A stretch of DNA of 64,000 bases from Leucoraja ocellata (GCA_036785375.1 JAWMAR010000128.1:4526001-4590000), one strand, 5' to 3'; shown: positions 25,826-39,561, counted from the first letter of the stretch. Numbers and translations are program-made. Notes: generated from the letters alone by a model not told the origin.

Positions 25826-26039
25826 GTAAGCATAGTTAACAGTCGTTCAGAGCCATTATAGTCCATGCGATAAAGTTTGATGCATGACCATCCCGCGCCG
25901 AGGTGATTGGATGAAAATAACAGAATTGTCCTTCAGCTTATGCTTCAAGCCCTACATTTAGCAGCGATTGGCAACCCATGAGAATAGGACGTTCAGGGCA
26001 CCCGTGCCAGCATGGATGGGGGGGAGGGGGGGGGGGTGA

Positions 26040-26230
26040 CGCAGCTGATAATGTGGCGGTCTCACAACGCCAGAGACCCGGGTTCGATCCTGACCTCCGA
26101 TGCTCTGTGCCTGGCGTTTGCACTCTGACCACGTGCTCCGCTTTGTCACCACATACAAAGGACGTGCTTATGTGTAGGGTAATTGCCCTCTGTAAACTGC
26201 CAATATGAATCTCTGTAAACTGCCAAGATG
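26040..26230 (+). mobile_element. HE1-like tRNA-derived V-SINE, degraded and interrupted
   Basis: B-box-like gggttcgatcc followed by a V-domain-like body. Confidence 0.6.
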
Positions 26231-26251
26231 ATTGATGAGAATCTGGGATCC

Positions 26252-26484
26252 CATAAAACATAGAAACATAGAAAATAGGTGCAGGAGACGGTCATTCGGC
26301 CCTTCGAGCCCGCACCGCCATTCAATATGATCACGGCTGATCATCCAACTCAGTATCCTGTACCTGCCTTCTCTCCATACCCCCTGATCCATTTAGCCAC
26401 AAGGGCCACATCTAACTCCCTCTTAAATATAGCCAATGAGCTGGCCTCAACTACATTCTGTGGCAGAGAATTCCAGAGATTCAC
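26252..26484 (-). mobile_element. CR1 LINE 3' fragment in the C4-C5 intron
   Basis: Conserved 3' UTR and tail. Confidence 0.9.
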
Positions 26485-26667
26485 GATGGTGAACGGGTGA
26501 TCGATGGTGGGCGTAGCTCGATTGGCCTAGGGGCTCTTTCCTGTGAAACTATCTGAACGTATCTGAAACGAAAAATATAGGCTTCCGCAGATATGATAGA
26601 ATAACGTTTCTAAATGTTAAACTTTCTATCCCACAGAGGGAAATACATTTGGCGAGAGCAGAATATA

Positions 26668-26702
<35 letters not shown>

Positions 26703-26978
26703 ATATACATCATTTATTTGGCGAGAGCATAAGCACCGGGTGATGTCCTGATTTGTTGCTTTCATTGATATGTGAACTCCCCGAATCTAGCGAAAAGATG
26801 GAATGAGGAGTGAAGTTTAGGTCATAGATAGAACAGCATGTCTGTTCCTAACCGAACCGTCAATTGTCTATTCCCCTCCATAAATGCTACCTGATCCTCC
26901 AACAGTTTGTAATCTACTTAAGACTCGAGCATCTGCAAATCATTGTGTATTTTTCAACGGGTTTTGTTCTCTTTCCAG

Positions 26979-27361
26979 TTACCGAAATGAAACGTCCTAA
27001 AGTCTACCTGCTGCACCCATCACCGGAAGAGATTCAAGCCGAGAAAGTCGCCACGCTCGTTTGCCTCGCCACCGGGTTTTACCCGTCAGACATATACGTC
27101 GCCTGGATGGCCAACGACACCCTATTGGATTCGGGTTACACCATCCAACTTGACACCGACAAGGAAAACGGCTCCAGCTCGGTTGCCAGCAAGTTAAAAG
27201 TAACGGCAGAGGACTGGGAGAAGGGAACCACCTTTAGCTGTTTGGTTGGACACCCGTCCCTCGCCACGAATTTAGTCAGAAATATCAATAAGGATCACGG
27301 TAAACCTACTTTAGTTAATGTGTCACTCGTTCTGACCGACAGTTTTAAATCGTGCATCTAA
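26979..27361 (+). CDS. IgNAR: Ig heavy-chain terminal constant exon (IgNAR C5-like) plus secretory tail
   Basis: ttccag|TT. PKVYLLHPS..ATLVCLATGFYP..AWMANDTLLDSGY..FSCLVGHPSL. Internal donor CAC G|GTAAA at 27300 for the membrane form; tail GKPTLVNVSLVLTDSFKSCI*. Confidence 0.93.
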
Positions 27362-27632
27362 CTCTCTCTGATTCAATGTCTAATGCTTGGGAGCTTAGCC
27401 TTGCGTCGCTGTGTGAGTTTCTGAGCCCGCCGGTCTCCTACGTATCCCACCCTTCAGATGATCCGACAAATAGTAAACTATTTCACTAATTTCATCAATC
27501 ACAGAAAACTATGACGAGAATATGTTTAAAAAAAATAACGGTTCTGGTTGTTCTGTAATGTTGAGAATGCTTCGGAAATGTTGTTAAATAGGTAGGAGAT
27601 TTCGCTTGTTCTTGTATGTGGCTTCATATTGC

Positions 27633-27638
27633 AATAAA
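27633..27638 (+). promoter_or_regulatory. Polyadenylation signal for the secreted form
   Basis: First AATAAA after the secretory stop, followed by T/GT-rich sequence. Confidence 0.7.
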
Positions 27639-28189
27639 TGCAGAATGAAAAACTTCTGGTTTCCCAATGCGTGCTTTTGTCTTTGCAATTAAGAGGAAGG
27701 CATGACTGAGTCCAAAGTAATAACTTCCCTCATATGATGGAAAACTTCAACGCTTTCGCTTTTTCGGAGACTGGGATGGGGGGGGGGGGGGGGGGGGGGT
27801 CGATGTCGTGAGAATTACTCAGCTTACTCAGATCCTCGCTCACCTTCGCAGCTCAGATTCTCGAGTTTGTTTGATTTACTTGTCGTATTTGTGCAAAGAC
27901 AATCTCGTATCAGAATTAACGAATGAGGGTGAATAGACATTGGTTTAAAATTATGATTGAAATTTTCACGGAATCTGTTGATTTTCTGGCTACATTATTA
28001 TCCAACGATGGTGTGAATATTTCCCGCAAAGACTCGCCTTCCCTCTCGGATTATTTCTGTAAATGTTGCCAAGTAAATATTTTTAGTTCCCTAATTTGCT
28101 TTATGAATGCATACTGCCCCTTTTGCTGGCATCACACGGCGAACCCCACACGTCCCCACTTAAAACCGAATTCCCTCGCCTCGCGGGAC

Positions 28190-28432
28190 TGCACGCTTGA
28201 TTTTACACGGTTTGTACGTTCTCCCAGTGACCGCGTGGATTTTCTTAGCGTGCTCCGGTTTCCAGCCACATTCGAAGGACGCGTAGCTTTGGAGGTTAAT
28301 TGGCTTCTGCAAATTGCTCTTAATTGTGTGTAGGATAGAAGTAGTATAGGGGTGATCGCTGGTTTGCGCGGACTCGGTGGGCAGATGCCTATTTCCACGC
28401 AGTAGCTCTAAGCTACACTAAACCAAGCTAAA
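28190..28432 (+). mobile_element. HE1-like V-SINE body and tail
   Basis: cgcgtggattt...gtgctccggtttccagccacattcgaaggacg V-domain and ctaaac-type tail. Confidence 0.6.
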
Positions 28433-28713
28433 CACTGAGTGCTGGAGTTGCACAGGGGCCAACGAACATCTATGAAGGAAGTGTACAGGCGACGGTTCGA
28501 GTCGTGGGCCTTCAGGCCGGCGAGGAGCCAGGACATGAAACGTTGCCTGGACATTCCCTCCACAATTGCAGCCTGACAGGCTAGGGTACTTCAGTGCGTG
28601 GTGTTTTGGTCAAGTTTCCAACATCAGAAGTTCCTTGTCTTCCCTCGCATCATTTGTTGTTTTAAAATCAAACGATGGGGGGGGGGGGGGGTGGGGGGGG
28701 GGGGTCAAATGTG

Positions 28714-30294
28714 GGAGGAACTGAGTGAAATCCAGGTTAGTCGGGAAGTGTGTTAGGTAAATTGAATGGATTAACAGTCGATAAATCCCCAGGGCCAGAT
28801 AGGCTGCATCCCAACCTGCTTAATGAAGTAGCTCCAGAAATGGTGGATGCATTAGTGATAATTTTTCAAAACTCTTTAGATTCTGGAGTAGTTCCTGATG
28901 ATTGGAGGGTAGCTAATGAACCCCACTTTTTTTTTAAGGGAGAGAGAGAGAAAGCGGGGAATTACAGGCCAGTTAATCTAACGTCGGTAGTGAGGAAAAT
29001 GCTAGAGTCAGTAATTAAAGATGGGATAGCAGCACATTTGGAAAGTTGTGAAATCATTGGAAAAAGTCAGCATGGATTTATGAAAAGTAAATCATGTCTG
29101 ACGAATCCTATTGAATTTTTCAAGGTGTAACTAGTAGAGTAGATAAGGGAGAACCAGTGGATGTGTTATATCAGTTTTTTCAGAAGGCTTTCGACAAGTT
29201 CCCACATAAGAGATTAGTATGCAAACTTAAAGCACACGGTATTGGGGGTTCAGTATTGATGTGGATAGAGAATTGGCTGGCAGACAGGAAGCAAAGAGTA
29301 GGAGTAAACGGGTCATTTTCACAATGGCAGGCAGTGGCTAGTGGGGTACCGCAAGGCTCAGTGCTGGGACCCCAGCTATTTACGATATATATTAATGATT
29401 TGGACGAGGGAATTGAATGCAACATCGCCAAATTTTCGGATGACACGAAGCTGGGGGGGCAGTGTTAGCTGTGAGGAGGATGCTAGAAGGCTGCACGGTG
29501 ACTTGGATAGGCTGGGTGAGTGGGAAAATGCATGGCAGATGCGGTATAATGTGGATAAATGTGAGGTTATCCACTTTGGTGGCAAAAACAGGAAAGTAGA
29601 CTATTATCTAAATGGTGGCCTATTAGGAAAAGGGGAGATGCAACGAGACCTGGGTGTCATGGTACACCAGTCATTAAAAGTAGGCATGCAGGTGCGGCAG
29701 GCAGTGAAGAAGGCGAATGGTATGTTAGCATTCATAGCAAAAGGATTTGAGTATAGGGGCAGGAAGGTTCTACTGCAGTTGTACAGGGTCCTGGTGAGAC
29801 CACACCTAGAGTATTGCGTACAGTTTTGATCTCCTAATCTAAGGAAGGACATTCTTGCCATAGAGGGAGAACAAAGAAGGTTCACCAGACTGGTTCCAGG
29901 GATGTCAGGACTTTCACATGAAGAAAGACTGGATAGACTCGGCTTGTACTCGCTAGAATTTTGAAGATTGAGGGGGGATCTTACAACATTCTTAAGGGGA
30001 TGGACAGGCTAGATGCAGGAAGATTATTCCCGATGTTGGGAAAGTCCAGAACAAGGGGTCACAGTTTAAGGATAAGGGGGAAATCTTTTAGGACCGAGAT
30101 GAGAAAAACATTTTTCACACAGAGAGTGGTGAATCTGTGGAATTCTCTGCCACAGAAGGTAGTTGAGGCCAGTGAATTGGCTATATTTAAGAGGGCGTTA
30201 GATGTGGCCATTGTGGTTAAAGGGATCAGGGGGTATGGAGAGAAGGCAGGTACAGGATACTGAGTTGGATGATCAGCCATGATCATATTGAATG
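28714..30294 (+). mobile_element. CR1 LINE, reverse transcriptase region (disrupted)
   Basis: [34 protein letters not shown] and FSDDTKL motifs with frameshifts. Confidence 0.95.
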
Positions 30295-30318
30295 ACTTGA
30301 CAGAAAGCCTTTGATAGC

Positions 30319-30685
30319 TCAGATTCAGATTCAGATTCAGATTCAGATTCAACTTTAATCGTCATTGTCAGTGTATAGTACAGAGACAACAAAATGCAGT
30401 TAGCATCTCTCTGGAAAAGGGACGTAGAATATGATTTCAATAAATAAATCTATTTACATGTATATAGACATAGCGTATTTTCCTATGGGAGGAGTGTCCG
30501 GGGGGGGGGGGGGGGGGGGAGTGATTGGCAGTCACCGAGGTACATTGTTGAGTAGTGTGACAGCAGCAGGGAATAAACTGTTCCTGGACCTGCTGGTCCG
30601 GCAACGGAGAGACCTGTAGCACCTCCCGGATGGTAGGAGGGTAAACAGTCCATGGTTGGGGTGAGAGCTGTCCTTGGCGATGCTG
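30319..30685 (-). mobile_element. Rex1/Babar-type LINE 3' fragment
   Basis: DSSHPNHGLFTLLPSGR..RTSRSRNSLFPAAV motif and (agattc)n tail. Confidence 0.75.
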
Positions 30686-30686
30686 G

Positions 30687-31624
30687 TAAGGTCCCGCACG
30701 GGAGACTGGTGACTAAAATTAGAGCGCATAGTATTGGGGGTAGGGTGTTGACGTGGATAGAAAATTGGTTTCGCAGACAGTAAGCAAAGAATGGCAGCCA
30801 GTGGCTAGTGGAGTGCCGCGGCTCGGTGTTGGGGCAGCAACTGTTTACCATATATATTAATGGAAGAGGTAATTAGGAGCAACGCTAGCAAGTTTGCGGA
30901 TGGCACAAAGCTGGGTGGCAGTGTGAACTGTGAAGAGGATGTTAGGAGGCTGCAGGGTGACCTGGACAGGTTGAGTTAGTGGGCAGATGCGTGGCAGATG
31001 CAGTATAATATAGATACATGTGAGGTTATCCACTGGTGGCAAAAACAAGGGGGTAGTTTATTATAGTGTACAGTTTTGGTCTCCTAATTTTAGGAAGGAC
31101 ATCCTTGTGATTGAGGCAGTGCAGCGTAGGTTCGCGAAATTGATCCCTGAGATGGCGGGACTGTCGTATGAGGAAGGATTGAAAAGACTAGTCTTGTATT
31201 CAATGGAGTTTAGAAGAATGGGGGGAATCTTATAGAATCATATAAAATTATTAAAAAAAGGACTGGACAGAGTAGATGCAGGAATAATGGTCCCAATATT
31301 GGGCGAGTCCAGAACCAGGGGCCACAGTCTTACAATAAAAGGGAGGCCATTTAGGACTGAGGTGAGAGAGAAAAATTCACCCAGAGAGTTGTGAATTTGT
31401 GGAATTCCCTGCCACAGGGGGCTGTGGACGCCAAATCACTGGGTGGATTTAAGAGAGAGATAAATAAAGCTCTAGCGGCGGGTGGAATCAAGGGATACGG
31501 GGAGAAGGCAGGCACGGGTTATTGATTGGGGCCGACAGGCCACGATCAAAATGAATGGTGGTGTTGGCTCGAAGGGCCGAATGGTCTCCTCCCGCACCTA
31601 TTTTCTATGTTTCTATGTTTCTAA
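30687..31624 (+). mobile_element. CR1 LINE RT/3' fragment with internal deletion
   Basis: Degenerate RT motifs, 3' UTR and tail. Confidence 0.85.
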
Positions 31625-31829
31625 AACGTTCAGAAAGTAATTTTAACAAATTAGTTTGTTGTTTTAAAGCACCAACTGTATCAGAAATTAATAAAATATT
31701 TTTATATTTTGTGAAGATTCACACAATTTTACTGTGAGATTTCAGAACTAATCTATAGAACCCCACTGAATTGTAGTCTGGAATATTGCGGATTGCCGCG
31801 GAGTGGTGAGGATTGGCAAGGAAATTGTA

Positions 31830-32935
31830 CTGGATAGAGAACTGGCTGGCAAACAGGAAGCAAAGAGTAGGAGTAAACGGGTCCTTTTCACAATGGCAGG
31901 CAGTGACTAGTGGGGTACCCCAAGGCTCAGTACTGGGACCCCAGCTATTTACAATATATATTAATGATCTGGATGAGGGAATTGAAGGCAATATCTCCAA
32001 GTTTGCGGATGACACTAAGCTGGGCAGTGTTAGCTGTGAGGAGGATGCTAGGAGACTGCAGGGTGACTTGGATAGGCTGGGTGAGTGGGCAAATGTTTGG
32101 CAGATGCAGTATAATGTGGATAACTGTGAGGTTATCCATTTTGGTGGCAAAAACAGGAAAGCAGACTATTATCTAAATGGTGGCCGATTGGGAAAGGGGG
32201 AGATGCAGCGAGACCTGGGTGTCATGGTACACCAGTCATTGAAGGTAGGCATGCAGGTGCAGCAGGCAGTAAAGAAAGCGAATGGTATGTTAATTTTCAT
32301 TGCAAAATGATTTGAGTATAGGAGTAGGGAGTTCTACTGCAGTTGAACAGGGTCTTGGTGAGACCACACCTGGGGTATTGCGTACAGTTTTGGTCTCCAA
32401 ATCTGAGGAAGGACATTATTGCTATAGAGGGGGTGCAGAGACGGTTCACCAGACTGATTCCTGGGATGTCAGGACTGTCTTATGAAGAAAGACTGGATAG
32501 ACTTGGTTTATACTCTCTAGAATTTAGAAGATTGAGAGGGGATCTTATAGACACTTACAAAATTCTTAAGGGGTTGGACAGGCTAGATGCAGGAAGATTG
32601 TTCCCGATGTTAGGGAAGTCCAGGACAAGGGGTCACAGCTTAAGGATAAAGAGGAAATCCTTTAAAACCGAGATGAGAAGAACTTTTTTTCACGCAGAGA
32701 GTGGTGAATCTCTGGAACTCTCTGCCACAGAGGGTAGTTGAGGCCAGTTCATTGGCTATATTTAAGAGGGAGTTAGGTGTGGCCCTTGTGGCTAAGGGGA
32801 TCAGGGGGTATGGAGAGAAGGCAGGTACGGGATACTGAGTTGGATGATCAGCCATGATCATATTGAATGGCGGTGCAGGCTCGAAGGGCCGAATGGCCTA
32901 ATCCTGCACCTAATTTCTATGTTTCTATGTTTCTA
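31830..32935 (+). mobile_element. Young CR1 LINE (RT C-terminal half and 3' UTR)
   Basis: [14 protein letters not shown] and tail. Confidence 0.95.
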
Positions 32936-34715
32936 AATTTATTTTGAAATTGGATTGCGCCTGAGAAATCATTATGCAGAGGAGCCCAAACTATATTGCT
33001 GTTTTCAAAGTGAAAGAGGCCATCCCTCAGAACTCCACGCTATCATTATAGACCCCATAGGGAGAAGTGGAGAGGTTGCTTCCGTTAGCTGAAGATTTAA
33101 ATATCTCATATCCCAAATTCCAACTGAAAAGGTTGGACATTCAGGGCAGAAATTAGTAAAATATCTGTAGCTACATGGTGGCACATTTTTCAAATTATTT
33201 CCATGAGAGGTATGTGTGGAGCATTCAAGGCGCAGACATATACATCGTCGAATCATGGGAGATGAGTTTGGTACACGTATGTGCAGCTCAGTGGACAAAA
33301 AACAGACAGGGTTGGAATGAAAGACGGGGAAGAAATGCGAGGTTGAAAAGACCACCCCAGCTTCAATTTTTAAGTTCAGTCAAGACACCTCAATCGTACA
33401 AATGGCAACTGTCATGGTCTTGCTAATCGAGGACCAAGCGGGATTTCCGGTATCTGAATTGCACACGTGGTTCCTGACTTCCGCGTTGCAATTTGCAGTC
33501 GCAGATCAGGGATTAGGTGGAGGGGCACTTGTTATGAAATAAACTACTGGCTAAATCAGCACAGCTGAAATCAATTCAAAATTCTGGTATTGGTCCATTG
33601 GTGAAATTGCAAATACCATCAAAGATAAATCTGGACAGGAGATCTCTTTAACGCAGTTGAGTATTATCTCAACTCTTTGATGCCGGTTTTGAATCAGATG
33701 ATTCTCATGTCCAGCTACAGAGCCCATGCATTCTGTGTGGGTGTCTCTACCGGCTTCATTAACGGTTCATCTGGTAGGATAGAAAGGTAGTTTTGTTTAT
33801 TTTAATTTAATTTAGTTTATTGTCACGTGTAGCGAGGTGCCTTGTAAAGCCTTGTAGTTGCGTGCTATCCAGTCAGCGGAAAGATTATACATGATTACAA
33901 CCAAGCCACATTGTACAGATACAGGATAAAGGGAGCAACGTTTAGAGGAAGGTGAAGTCCAGTGAAGTCCGATTAAAGATTGTCCGAGGGTCTCCAAAGA
34001 GGTAGAAGTAAACCAGGGCCCAACTTTGGTTCGTGATGTGATGGTTCAGTTGCCTGATAACGGCTGGGAGGAAACTCTCCCACAATCTGGTATGGATGAT
34101 CGATAACACAAAACCGGTAATATTGCAAGTAATCTTAAGGTGTTTGAAGAAGTTCTGAAGGGTCCCGACCCGAAACGTCACCGTCACCGTCACGTGTTCT
34201 GGAGTGATGCTGCCTGACCCGCTGAGTTGCCCGTGCGCTTGGTTGCATTTTACCTTGTAAGCAAGCATCTGCAGTTCCTTGTTTCTACAAAGGTTTTTAG
34301 GATTTGATGTCATCAAGAATGGGCCAAATTATGCCTATTGTTTTAAAGCGTCAGTCGGTCAGTTTAGAGCGTAAATGAAATTACATTTGAGATCCTCTAA
34401 TGTATGAAAGGCAGTGGATATTCCATTGATACAAATGAATATTGGAATCATTATGTAAGTGCAGGTTGCATTAATAAACAATAACTAACAAATCCAGTAC
34501 TGTCGGTTGTCTATTGTCTATTTTACATCTCTAAATTAGGGTGCAGTTCCCATTCTAAAACTAAGGTTAGACTCCGCGTCAGAGAGGCAATAAATTATTC
34601 ACCATCTCAATCTGCGCCCCCATTCCACCCCGTTAGCATCCCCCCTGCAGCCAACCATTAAACTGCGAAGAGAGATTTACTATCTAGGATTGCATGGATT
34701 AGTGCATACAAGAAA

Positions 34716-36249
34716 AATGCATCAGTGATAATTTTCCAAAACACTTTAGATTCTGGAGTAGTTCCTGAGGACTGGAGGGTAGCTAATGTAACCTCACTTT
34801 TTAAAAAGGGAGGGTGAGAGAAAACGGGGAATTACAGACCAGTTAGTTTAACATCGGTGGTGGGGAAAATTCTGGAGTCAGTTATTAAAGCATTATTTCT
34901 GGGGTCAGTTATTATGGGATAGCAGCACATTTGGAAAGTGGTGAATTCATTGGACAAAGTCAGCATGGATCTATGAAAGGTAAATCATGTCTGACGAATC
35001 TTATAGAATTTTTCGAGGATGTAACTAGTAGAGTGGATAAGGGAGAACCAGTGGATGTGTTATATCTGGACTTTCAGAAGGCTTTCGACAAGGTCCCACA
35101 TAAGAGATTAGTATACAAACTTAAAGCACACGGTATTGGGGGTTCAGTATTAATGTGGATAGAGAACTGGCTGGCAGACAGGAAGCAAAGAGTAGGAGTA
35201 AACGGGTCATTTTCAGAATGGCAGGCAGTGAATAGTGAGGTACCACAATGCTCAGTGCTGGGACCCCAGCTATTTACAATATATATTAATGATCTGGATG
35301 AGGAAATTGAATGCAACATCTCCAAGTTTGCGGATGACACGAAGCTGGGGGCACTGTTAGCTGTGAGGCGGATGCTAGGAGGCTGCAAGGTGACTTGGAT
35401 AGGGTGGGTGAGTGGGCAAATGCATGGCAGATGCAGTATAATGTGGATAAATGTGAGGTTATCCACTTTGGTGGCAAAAACAGGAAAGTAGACTATCATC
35501 TGAATGGTGGCCGGTTAGGAAAAGAGGAGATGCAACGAGATCTCGGTGTCATGGTACACCAGTCATTGAAAGAAGGAATGCAGGTGCAGCAGGCAGTGAA
35601 GAAAGCAAATGGTATGTTAGCATTCATAGCAAAATGATTTGAGTATAAGAGCAGGGAGGTTCTACTGAAGTTGCACAAGGTCTTAGTGAGACCACATCTG
35701 GAGTATTGCGTACAGTTTTGGTCTCCCAATCTGAGGAAAGACATTCTTGCCATAGAGGGAGTACAGAGAAGGTTCACCAGACTGATTCCTGGGATGGCAG
35801 GACTTTCATATGAAGAAAGACAGGATAGACTCAGCTTGTACTCGCTAGAATTCAGATGATTGAGGGGGGATCTTATAGAAACTTACAAAATTCTTCTCGG
35901 ATCTAGCAGGAAGATTATTCCTGATGTTGGGGAAGTCCAGAACTAGGGGGTCACATTTTAAGAGGGAAGTATTTTAGGACCGAGAGGAGAAAATCATTTT
36001 TTACACAGAAAGTGGTGAATCAGTGGAATTCTCTGCCACAGAAGGTAGTTGAGGCCAGTTCATTGGCTATATTTAAGAGGGAGTTAGATGCGGCCCTTGT
36101 GGCTAAAGGTATCAGGGGGTATGGAGAGAAGGCAGGGATGGGATACCGAGTTGGATGATCAGCCATGGTCATATCGAATGGCGGTGCAGGCTCGAAGGGC
36201 CGAATGGCCTACTTCTGCACCTATTTTCTATGTTTCTATGTTTCTATGT
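34716..36249 (+). mobile_element. CR1 LINE RT region and 3' UTR
   Basis: [15 protein letters not shown] and tail. Confidence 0.95.
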
Positions 36250-36496
36250 ATTGTTTGAAATTTAGCATGAGTGGCGACCCGATCAATTAATCGAAAAAGG
36301 TATGGAAAACCGACAAGGTCGTTGCTGAACTGGTTTAGTTTAGTTTGGTTTAGTTTATTGAACTATATCCCCCTCTTTAGGGAATTGTGTAACCAGGCAG
36401 GTGATGCGCGCGGGAATTTATGTTTGGGACCAACGTACACAATGGACCTATAGTTAAATATAAACCAGAACTTCAGAATCTTCTGTGTATGATGTG

Positions 36497-37489
36497 CCTG
36501 GCCTACAGAGAGGAGGTTCAACAACTCATCAACTGGTGTGATATCAACAACCTTCAACTCAATGTCAACAAAACAAAAGAAATAACTGTGGACTTCAGGA
36601 AGAAACAGACAACACACACCCCACTTACTATCAATGGCAGTGCAGTGGAGTCTGTGAAAAGCACCAAGTTCCTGGGAGTGCACATCACAGATGATCAGAC
36701 ATGGTCCACCAACACCATCTCCCTAGTTAAGAAGGCACAGCAACGCCTCCACTTCCTTCGACGGATGAGGAGAGCTGACCTCCCCCCACCCCCCCACCCC
36801 CCCACCCCCCCACCCCCTGTGCCCTCACGACCTTTTACAGGGGTGCCATTGAGAGCATTCTTACCAGCAGTCTCTCAGTCTGGTATGGCAGTTGCTCTGC
36901 TGCTGACCAGAAGGCCCTAGAGAGAGTGGTGAGGACAGCGGAGAAGATCACCCCAACCAGCAATCCAGGACATATACCCATCTCGCTGTCGCAAGAGAGC
37001 AAGCAATATCATCAAAGACGCCACCCACCCAGCACACAAACTGTTCACCCCCCTACCTTCCGGTAAGTGCGGAGTAAAACCACCAGATTCAAAAACAGCT
37101 TTTACTCTCACGCCATCAGACTTCTCAACACACTTAAGAAAATTCCATGAACAGTACCCAAACAAAGACAACAAACTGTGAAAATAACTTTGGCTCAATG
37201 TCTCCAGTACGAAATTTGCACGTTTTCTATATTGCACCTTTCATTGTTGCACCCTGTTTAAAATACCTCAAAGATTTTGCTACATTTTGGCATACTGTGA
37301 ATATTTTAATATTTTAAATAATGGATGTCTATTGTCTATTTTTATTGGTATGTTGTCTGTCTGCGTTTTTAATATTACTTGCACATTTGGAGTATGGGGA
37401 AACATAATTTCGATCCTATGTGTAACTACTGTTGCATAATTGAATTGACAATAAAGTTACTTTGAACTTTGAACTTTGAACTTGAACTT
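36497..37489 (+). mobile_element. Rex1/Babar-type LINE 3' portion
   Basis: AYREEVQQLINWCDINNLQLNVNKTKEITVDFRK...KFLGVHI...KKAQQRLHFLR; AATAAA and (TTGAAC)n tail. Confidence 0.85.
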
Positions 37490-38383
37490 GGGCCAACCGG
37501 CAACCAATTATGGTACAATTTCGCCGGTTAAACAAGTCATATCTTCTCCAAATGTCCCCCTGCTCCTCGTGTGACTGCGGAATCACAATGCAACGATCTA
37601 TTAGAAAGATGCCTCCAGGGTCACACCGCGGCTGATAATGTTAAACACGTCGGAGATAGGCGACCGAAATTCATTTATAGGATTTGGCTGGGTCAGCGAA
37701 TTCCGCTGATTACAAAATGACTGAGATGTACTGTAGTTCCGTGTAACTGGGAAGACAAGGTTAGATTGCAAACTGTGGCCGTTTTGCTGGGCATTTCTTA
37801 TATCAGATTGGGATGTAACGTGCCAGAGATTTGGCCATTGGGCAAATCCATCCTTCTCCTCATAATTGTGCGGACTCTTAATCTTCAAACAGGATTTATC
37901 CTCTCGCTGTGTGGTTGCTGTCGGCGGCTCAACAGAAATCTGTTTTAATCTGTTTTAATCACACGGCGGAATCTTAAAACTGTGTGTAGCGTGAACTGTG
38001 GATTTATGTAACGGTTAAAACCATGCTCTGTCCTGCATAACACAACACGATGAAGAAACCCGACGGGTCAGGCAGCATCCGTTGTGGTAGTAGACAGGCG
38101 ACGTTTCAGTCTGAAGAAGGGTTCTGATCTAAAAGTTCGCCTCTCCATTCCCTCTAGAGATGTTGCCTGACTCACTTTGGGTTTTGCTCAACATTACAAC
38201 ATCTGTAGTTTTTTTGTGTTTCGTCTACCCTGCGTGTTATGTAAACGATATGGTATTATGCACGTACAACGAGTCTCTACTGGCACTGGCAATTACATTA
38301 ATGAACATCATATTTCTTCCAATATATTGGGCATCTTTGAATTTCTCTCAGTTCGATTGCCAAACCACAATGCCCATCGTAAT

Positions 38384-39312
38384 CTGGGGGGGCAGTGTTA
38401 GCTGTGAGGAGGATGGTAGGAGACTGCAGGGTGACTTGGATAGGCTGGGTGAGTGGGCAAATGTTTGGCAGATGCAGTATAATGTGGATAAATGTGAGGT
38501 TATCCATTTTGGTGGCAAAAACAGGAAAGCAGACTATTATCTAAATGGTGGCCGATTGGGAAAGGGGGAGATGCAGCGAGACCTGGGTGTCATGGTACAC
38601 CAGTCATTGAAGGTAGGCATGCAGGTGCAGCAGGCTGTAAAGAAAGCGAATGGTATGTTAGCTTTCATTGCTAAAGGATTTGAGTATAGGAGCAGAGAGG
38701 TTCTACTGCAGTTGTACAGGGTCTTGGTGAGACCACACCTGGAGTATTGCGTACAGTTTTGGTCTCCAAATTTGAGGAAGGACATTATTGCCATAGAGGG
38801 AGTGCAGAGACGGTTCACCAGACTGATTCCTGGGATGTCAGGGCTGTCTTATGAAGAAAGACTGGATAGACTTGGTTTATACTCTCTAGAATTTAGAAGA
38901 TTGAGAGGGGATCTTATAGAAACTTACAAAAATTCTTAAGGGGTTGGACAGGCTAGATGCAGGAAGATTGTTCCCGATGTTAGGGAAGTCCAGGACAAGG
39001 GGTCACAGCTAAAGGATAAAGGGGAAATCCTTTAAAACCGAGATGAGAAGAACTTTTTTCACACAGAGAGTGGTGAATCTCTGGAACTCTCTGCCACAGA
39101 GGGTAGTTGAGGCCAGTTCATTGGCTATATTTAAGAGGGAGTTAGATGTGGCCCTTGTGGCTAAGGGGATCAGGGGGTATGGAGAGAAGGCAGGTACGGG
39201 ATACTGAGTTGGATGATCAGCCATGATCATATTGAATGGCGGTGCAGGCTCGAAGGGCCGAATGGCCTACTCCTGCACCTAATTTCTATGTTTCTATGTC
39301 TATGTTTCTATG
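38384..39312 (+). mobile_element. Young CR1 LINE 3' portion, ending about 90 bp before the TM exon
   Basis: ORF2 C-terminus and tail; near-identical to the 31.8 and 51.1 kb copies. Confidence 0.95.
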
Positions 39313-39403
39313 TAACTGGAGCGTTATATTGTTGCGACGGTTTTTGAGTGTATTCTGCTTATGGCAAATAAAAATATTAATAATGGTCATCTACCAATTC
39401 CAG

Positions 39404-39561
39404 AAATTCCTAAAATAGAAGAAGATCTCCATGACTCTGTAGCAGATGACGGAATGATAGAATACATAGACGAGGAGGGCAACTCTGATGGGGCAGTTAC
39501 CGCCTTCGTGATCCTCTTTATGATCAGTACCATATACGGCGCATTCACAACGACGATTAAG
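39404..39561 (+). CDS. IgNAR: Ig heavy-chain transmembrane exon TM1
   Basis: ttccag|AA (phase 1, fits the 27299 donor). Acidic spacer EIPKIEEDLHDSVADDGMIEYIDEEG, hydrophobic AVTAFVILFMISTIYGAFTTTI-K, donor AAG|GTAACA. Confidence 0.88.

Noticed and set aside
38160-38939. 259-aa ORF with hydrophobic N-terminus fused to RT sequence
   Set aside because: Chance open frame upstream of a 5'-truncated CR1; the N-terminal part overlaps another repeat.
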